Source of the DNA: the human T2T-CHM13v2.0 reference genome, Homo sapiens
Assembly (NCBI RefSeq): GCF_009914755.1
Contig: NC_060932.1
Direction: 5' to 3' (one strand)
Length of the DNA: 64,000 nt
Below, piece by piece: positions 56,472 through 64,000 of this stretch. The notes beneath the pieces were generated by a model. The model was not told the origin of the DNA. It worked only from the letters and a program-made list of their open reading frames with translations, and did no database searches. Position 1 is the stretch's first letter; every line of letters begins with the position of its first letter. The position numbers and the translations under genes are program-made.

Positions 56472-56960
56472 GATTTAATTTATTTCCCAGTTTTGCAATT
56501 ATGAGGGTTTTTTTCTGGGTTTATGTTGACCTATATATACTAAAATTTGAATTTAAAATTTCTGGTCGCTGGAGAGGAAAAGTTCTCCTACAGAGATAAT
56601 TAGGCAATATGGATGTAGTTTTTCAACATGTGCTGTAAATTTCAGTGAGGATTGTCCTCTGTAATTGCTTTTAGCACTTTCTGATTTTGTCCTTGGCACC
56701 ATGGTTTGAGTTCAGGGCACCTGAAACACATCATTCTCTTTCTTCTAAAGAAGGTCACTAGCCTTTGTCCTCTGCACTGTACCGAGTCTGTGAAGGAACA
56801 CAATAGTAATCAACAATACTACAAATAATATAGTAAAATCTCATTAAGCCTTCATCACATTTTCATGTCATTACCATCATGTTTTTTCTGAAAAATAATT
56901 CCATATTCTTTAACAGAGACCCAAAATAGCACTTTCTGTTTGTGTGGTTCTTCCTCTAAC

Positions 56961-57008
56961 ATTTTTTTTAAATTACTGAGTGATATTTTTTTTAAATTAC
57001 TGAGTGAT
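56961..57008. repeat. Perfect 24-bp tandem duplication
   Basis: attttttttaaattactgagtgat x2. Confidence 0.93.
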
Positions 57009-59067
57009 ATTTTTTATTTATTTGGGAGAAAAAGATGATAAAATAATGTTTTTCTGTTCATATTAATTTAATTATTGAAGTGTTTTTAATAGTGGGTTTA
57101 TAAGTATTTAATGTAAGAATTATTTTGAAATCATAAAAAGATACAGTAAGTGTGAAAACATTAAAATAATTATACTTAGGGAAGTCAGAGTGCAATTGTC
57201 TTAGAAGCAATTAAGAACTATATTTATTCTCTTATTCAACCACAAGTATCTCTTAGGATAATCTCAAAAAGCAGAAAACAGATCCTTTGTCCTTTGTTTA
57301 TATATTTTTTAATTTTGAAGTCATTAACATAGCTTTTTATGTAACCCATTCAGTGTCTGGAAAATACTTATTTCTCATGAAATTAAATTCACATTTCATG
57401 GTGATTCATTTTTCATGTAGATGATTGTGAATTTAGTTTGGTAGGTTGGACTATTTTGATTCATAATTAGAAATCAGGAATGGCGTAATAGAATGGAAAA
57501 CTAGTAATATGATTACTAATTAAAGAGTAAGCAAAGATCTGGCTTGTGAAAATAAAATTATGTTAATGAAAGTGATAACTTATTTCAGGATTTAAGGGGC
57601 TCAGGTGGGAAAAAATTAGACATCTCAGGATATGACCAAGCTGTGGTTGAGCATTTCATATAGATAAAATCAGGTCAGAGTAGCAGCTAACACAGGTCAG
57701 CAATAAAAGAGTAAGAAACAGGGGGGAAAGGAGGCTGCTAGGAGACACTGGGCTGGGTTATGAGCTCCAAGAGTACTGTAGAGGCATAGTACAAGAGAGC
57801 TCTGAACTCCTACAATCAAGTGTAGGCAATATATTAGGTTTTTTTTTTTTTTTAATTGCCTCAAATGGATGCTAACTCTGCCTAACCTAAACAAAAATGA
57901 ACGTATTGGAAGACTATGTGAGAGTTTATAATTTCCATGAGAAGACTGGAGAATCAGACCTGGGAAATGATAAATCTAAAGTAACTACAAGGTCTGAAAA
58001 GTCTAACTGCGAGCTAGACTTTCATTCTTATGCCATTATTTAGATTATAAGGAGAGAGTGTCCAAATATCTGTGCCAGGTTACCAATCTATCTCTTGGCT
58101 AGGGAAGGGTAATATACCTTAAATAAAATGTTCACTAGGCTATAAACAATAGGAAAAGAGACAATTTCTCAAAAAAGGGGAAATTATCAAAAGAAGGTGA
58201 AGTAGAAGTTAAACAACTAAATATACTGATAATAATAATGTCAGCAACAAAAGGTAGAAACTATCCAGAGCCATGGGTATTTCTATAGATACCAAAAGCT
58301 TGTGAAGGGACAATACAATAACAATAGAGACAATGTAGCCTGGGATATAATTATGTTTTTATTCCATTCATTGCTATTTCAGTGTCTTAATTGTGATTAC
58401 TATTTCTAGCAATGCTCCCCCACCACCAAAATTTAGTTGTTCTCTTTGCCAGAGAATTCTCTTCTTCTGAGAGACTCACCTCTTATTTTGCATCCAAAAA
58501 TATTTTGGTTTAGGATAATACAGATTAGGGTAAATTATTGTATCAGTGGCAAATGATACTGGAGACCAAATTTCAAGTGAAGAAGAGAGGATAAGGTAGA
58601 CACGGATGCTTGGGTTGACCACCGCAGAGAGGCAGCCCATCACCCTGCTTATCTGTTTGGGGAAAACATTATAAGAGGAGGTTTCAAGTCAGAGAACTTG
58701 TCAATTAAATGCCCTTGGCTAACTCTCTTCATAGAGAGTTACCTATTCTCTATTTCTGGTTCTCTGTAATTATCAAATGGATGTTTTCTCCTCACTGCTA
58801 GATTTTGTGATTGTGCAGCAAAGGAATCATCTTTTGTGTTGAATTTAGGGAACCACTGAAATCCTAGAAGTTTGAATGTATTTTTCAGAAGCTCCTTCCT
58901 GTCTTCACTCATTAAGTTTTATTGAATACAATATGCCAGGCATTATGCCAATTAACAATAATTAATACCAATCTCTGAAAATCTAATTTTTCTTAACCTA
59001 GGGACCTGACAATAGTGTTATTTAGGATTGCATATGCTGCCTACTACATTTTCTTCTATAAATGGCA

Positions 59068-59270
59068 ATTTTATGAGTGAAATAAGTCAGACACAGAAAG
59101 AAAAATACTGCATGATTTCACATATAAATGGAATCTTAAAAAAGTATAATATATAGGAACAGAGAGTAGCAATGGTAGTTACCAGGAGTGAGACTGGATT
59201 GTAGAGGGGAAGAGCAAGATTTAGCTAAAGGCCACAAAGTTACTATTATGTAGGATGAGTATGTTTAAAA
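59068..59270 (+). mobile_element. L1MA/MB 3' fragment
   Basis: gagtgaaataagtcagacacagaaagaaaaatactgcatgatttcacatataaatggaatct...agagagtagcaatggtagttaccagg. Confidence 0.85.
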
Positions 59271-59278
59271 ATGAGGTC

Positions 59279-59780
59279 CGGTAGTCCCCCCTATCTGTGG
59301 CCAATATATTCTAAGATTCCTAGTGAATGCCTGAAATCACAGACAGTCCTGAGCCGTATGCATACTATGTTTTTTCCTATACATACATAACAATAATAAT
59401 CTTCAATTTATAAATTAGGCACAGTAAGAGATTAACAACAATTATAATAAAATAGAACAATTATAACAATATGCCAGCATCACTACTCTTGCACTTTGGG
59501 GCCATTATTCAGCAAAATAAGGGTTACTTGAATACAGCCACTGCAATAGTGAGACAGTCAATCTTATCAGATCTGAGATGGCCACTAAGAGACTAACGGG
59601 CATGTAGTGAAGACAGCATGGATACACTAGACATAGGGACGATTTGGGTTCTGGAATGGAGTGGGACCCTGTGAGATCTCATCAGGCTACTAAGAATGAC
59701 ACACAATTAAAAACTTACGAATTATTTATTTCTGGAATTTTCCAATTAAAATTTTTGAACAACAGTTGACCTCCAGGTAC
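59279..59780 (+). mobile_element. MER44B-like (Tigger-derived) DNA transposon
   Basis: cggtagtcccccctatctgtgg...ataaattaggcacagtaagagattaacaaca...tatgccagcatcactactcttgcactttggggccatta...ttatttctggaattttcca; right TIR eroded. Confidence 0.85.
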
Positions 59781-60544
59781 TTTGAAGTATTACTAAAGCC
59801 GATATATCTAAGAACTCTTTTCAACCTGGCCTTTTAGATTTCCACCAAACAGTTGTTCTTTGATTTCAGTATATAAGACTTTTTTCCTACTGTCATTTCA
59901 CAGCTGAGCAAGCCATGTGAACCTTTGAAAGCTATAGTACAATTTAACTTCCAAATGCTTATGTTAGGGATTAAAAATGCAAACTCAGTAGTCTCTTGGA
60001 TTCAAATCCTGACCAAAATACTTGCTGTAAAATCCCTTATGTGAATCCCATTGTGTGCCAGCTATCATGTAACCTCATCCCTGACTGATATTTATTTTAA
60101 TTGCATGTGATCTTACTCATTATAGTTCATTTGCATAAAGAGAGTGAACTGTAGCCGGCCAGCAAGTTTAAAACCTGCAGTATTTTTTTATTCCCTGTGA
60201 TAAACTTTGGTCATACCACTGATGTCCTCTACGTTTAATGGTATCAAAAACTCATAAGCAAATATTAACTCGTTAACATCTTCACATATTGTTTTGACCA
60301 ACACATATTCTCCTAAATTTGCCAATTTAATGTTTCTACCAATATATTAATAAAATTTGTTTTTTCCTTATAGTTATAATTAGGAGTTCCATCAAGTAGG
60401 TGAAAGATGGTCATATAAAATGTATGGGAAAAGATTCCTAAAAAATGGAACAGATGGGCATCCAGCTTTAGCAGTGACCACTATTCACTAATATAGCTAC
60501 TTGCCACTTTTGCCTTTAAAAATCACTACTAACTAACAACCTTC

Positions 60545-60692
60545 TTGCTATACAAAATGTGGTCTGCAGACCAGAAACATCTGTCTCACTTGACAGACAC
60601 TGGGGCCCAACTAGAGGCCTACTGAATCAGATTCTGCATTTTAATAAGGTCTCTAGGCAATGACTGTGCTAATTAAAGTTAGGGAGGCATTA
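60545..60692. mobile_element. MER5A-like hAT fossil
   Basis: tgctatacaaaatgtggtctgcagaccag...cctactgaatcagattctgcattttaataagg...ttaaagttagggaggcatt. Confidence 0.75.
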
Positions 60693-63609
60693 CGCTAATC
60701 TACCAAGGTGATCAGAGACTGGGAATACCATGCAGAGAGACCTTGGGCACGAGACTCAATCACCATATGTGCATTATAGAAGCCTGTGGCTTTATGGCAT
60801 GCAGTCCTCTGGATGAGGGTCTGAACACCTAGACAAAGCTTTCCTTGCAGAGAAATGTAGATTCTGGAAAGGAATGGCAGTCACTCTTACATGGGCAGTC
60901 CTAGGAGTACCTGATGACCCCTTTGTAACAGATGAACTGCACAGGAGACCTGGATCTCTTCTGGCTCCGAGAATATGACAGTAGTGGCTTTGGCAGCAAA
61001 GAAACTCAGGAGTAGAGCAATTTCCTAAGTCCTTCAGTGAAGGACTGGTGGCTTTCCAACTGGTGTATCACAGAACCACAGGGACAGATACAGATAATTT
61101 CTACATAAGATTCCATAGCATCTTGGGTTGATTCTCATGAAACATAAGCTCATGAGGAAACACAAAAACAAACAAACAAGAAAACAATGCCATTAAGAGC
61201 ATTGAGAAATTATACAAAGGAAAAAGAAGAAAACTAAACAGCACAAGCATCTTCTAGGAAAGAAGAACTGGAGGAGGCAGACTATTACATTGGCACTCAC
61301 ACTCAATTTCCTGAGAACCTTTATATGAGTTAAGTACAGTCTCTTCTTAGAGTCTTATCTTAGAAGAACCAGTAGTTTGGGGCAGATTTAGAGCCTTTAG
61401 TGTAAGCAAAGCTGACTGATTAAATTGGTAAGTTTTTTTTTTTTTAAATTACCAGCGGTCGATATAGCACAGCGAACCTAGATCTTTTCTTTGTTGTTTT
61501 TATGTGCAGGAAATTGCTCCACTAGAAATAAACCTTCTTTTCCTTACACTGTGGTTAAAGATAATGTTTTAAAAAGATGTCTCCCTGTTATTCACTTTTA
61601 CGTTTTATGATATTATGATTCTGTTTCTTATTTTGGTTACATGATTCTATATGTATTTGGGGTTTATGCTTTATTATAGATTTTGAAAAATGTAATGCTT
61701 ATTTGCTTTGTTTTTAATTTTTACATTTAAGGAACATTATTTTAACAATATAAAAATATTTCAATGTGATTTCAGGAGTTTCTAGAATGTTGCATTTATG
61801 TAAAATTTTTACAGGTATGTAAAAATGTATTTGAGAATTTCCCTGGGGGAATTGAAGACATATATACACAAAAGAATACAAAAAGAAACAATTTCTTCAT
61901 ATAAACTACTTTCTAATGACTAAGTATTATCTTATAATGGTTTTACCTCTCTTAGATTTAATTCTTATAGTCATGTTTCTTCTGTCAATTCTAACTTCAA
62001 TATCATTATACTTAATTTTAAAAGTGGTACAAAATATAAGTTAGCTCTGCCTTTCTTTATCATCTCTTGACATAAGTTTCCTCCTGTAGGTGCTCTTATG
62101 TACACTATGAAATAGAAGTCTTAGAAAGCAAAAAGTTATTATGTATCCTTAGCCCAATCTCATACTCTGTAGAAACACCCATATTAATATATGTCACACA
62201 TAATAATCTGGCTTCTCTTGAACACTTTCAAGAATGATTATTATTATTGGGAAATATTTCCTGGACTAAGCTTCACCCTGCATTTTCATAATGTTAACTT
62301 CTTCCCAAGCTTATAACCTGCATCTTTAGAGAAGCTTAAGGCTCAATCCATATGATAGCCATTCAGAATTTTTAAATTGTCAACATTTTATTGCTAAAGT
62401 CTTTTATGTTTTGCTGTCTGCCACAATCCCTTCAATGTGTTTCCCATTCGTAGTTTCTAGATCTTTTATTATCTTCCTGCTAATCGTTGCATGGCTTCTC
62501 CCTGAATTGTCGGTTACTTTTGTAAAGAGTAGTGATTTTACAGACATAAAGGCTTCTAAAATTATTGTCTGAACACCAGAAATAAAAGCTTTCCTAGGTC
62601 CTGAATGTCCCAAACTACATTTCATCGTATTTATATTAGTGTGACCCAAGTTTAATTACCTTACTTAGCAATAATTTTATTTTGTATTGTAATGATTGTT
62701 CAATCAACAAATATATGAAAATATTCATATAAAGATTCATATAAAATAAGTTCATAAAAAGCTCATATAAAATACTATTTAGGCAAGTATCTGCTCATGC
62801 CGCATTCATGCAATTTACTTATCTGAATGTAAATCAAGGCTTTATATTTATCAAAGCTGATATTCATTTTGTTAATGTGCTTTCATAATTTTCCTTTACA
62901 AAAATTATTTTAAATGTCTTATTCTGTTTTCTAATATATTAGCAGCTTCCCTGAGATTTGTTTTATCCACCTTCTGGTGACCAATGAATGGAACAGTATT
63001 AAATTATATCCCAAAGAATCTCTCTTCTGGACTATATAAATTACATATGTAGTTAATGACAAAATAGATTAATTAGCTAATACTATTTGAGTGCAGAAGC
63101 TCAACCACTTATAAATTTACCAAACTATGTGTTTTCATAGCCATTTTCTCTTATGTTGCCCATTTGGCTGGCACAAGATATTTTTATTAAATATCTTGGC
63201 AAATCAAGATAATCAATTTCTGTAACATTTAACTTATGTAGCATCTAGCATCTCAACAGGAAATATTTATCTAAGTATCACTGGGTCTTATGAAATTAAA
63301 GCTAGTTTCTGAAGAGAATTCCTATAATTAAATAAGATTATGCTGTATATGAAAAAGGTTTTATAAATTTTGACAGTATTATGCATTGTAAGGGATTACT
63401 GAGGGTTGAAAAAACGATCTGCTTAATAATAGTCTATCCTAGAATTTTTTTGAAAAATTAAACAATAGGATTATTAGTTCAATGGATCTTCAACAACTCT
63501 CAGGAAAAGAACTAGTAATAATAAATGTCAATAAATAGTTATGGAATTAATGTCTGAATGCCTGTTGATTGTGATGAAGTGCCAACTAAAGAAGGATTTA
63601 AGGTTACAT

Positions 63610-63785
63610 TAATTTAGGTGCAAATTTTAACTTTGCTATTTACTTATACTGTGAATCCTGAATAATTTACGTAACTTTTCTGAGCATCCTCAACTTCCTC
63701 ATTTGTAAAATGTGTTAATACCACCTACCTTGGGGGATTAAGTAAAATAATGTATATGAAATAAATAAAATAGTGCAAAATTGTT
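63610..63785 (+). mobile_element. MIR
   Basis: tttacttatactgtgaatcctgaataatttac...cctcaacttcctcatttgtaaaatg...ccacctaccttgggggattaagtaaaataatgta. Confidence 0.8.
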
Positions 63786-64000
63786 TATTTCCTTCTTTCA
63801 CCCCATCTCTTCCTCCAACTAAAGATGAAATGAATTAATTGCTTTGTGCCTTAGTACATTGGACACAAAACCAATTCATTTGAATTAGGTCAGGCAAAAG
63901 TTCAGTCATTTGGCTACTAGTATCCTTTGATAATGGAAGTATTATGGTGTGTATTTTTTCACAGGGGCCATTAGACTGTAGGTCATTTGGATGTCATTAG

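Overview
AT-rich primate (almost certainly human) genomic DNA that is nearly all intron. The only supportable protein-coding sequence is one 279-nt spliced exon (27164-27442, + strand) carrying the start codon and most of the RRM of RALYL (hnRNP C/RALY family). The rest is a dense record of mobile elements: Alus (including a full AluYa5 and a Ya5/Y mosaic), L1s (including a twin-primed L1PA2), MaLR LTRs, hAT and Tigger DNA-transposon fossils, MIR/L2, a tailless U2 snRNA retrocopy, and microsatellites. I found no novel multi-gene system. The most interesting observations are: (1) the RALYL exon is phase-symmetric and stop-free across a hypothetical back-splice junction, so a single-exon circRNA would carry an endless ORF; (2) an (ATTTT)12 repeat in an Alu linker has SCA37/FAME-like architecture; (3) the U2 retrocopy has an apparent cap-derived G; (4) one L1-endonuclease site was hit twice; (5) an Alu carries a templated-insertion repair scar. 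Repeat subfamily names and old-element boundaries are recalled from consensus sequences and are approximate.
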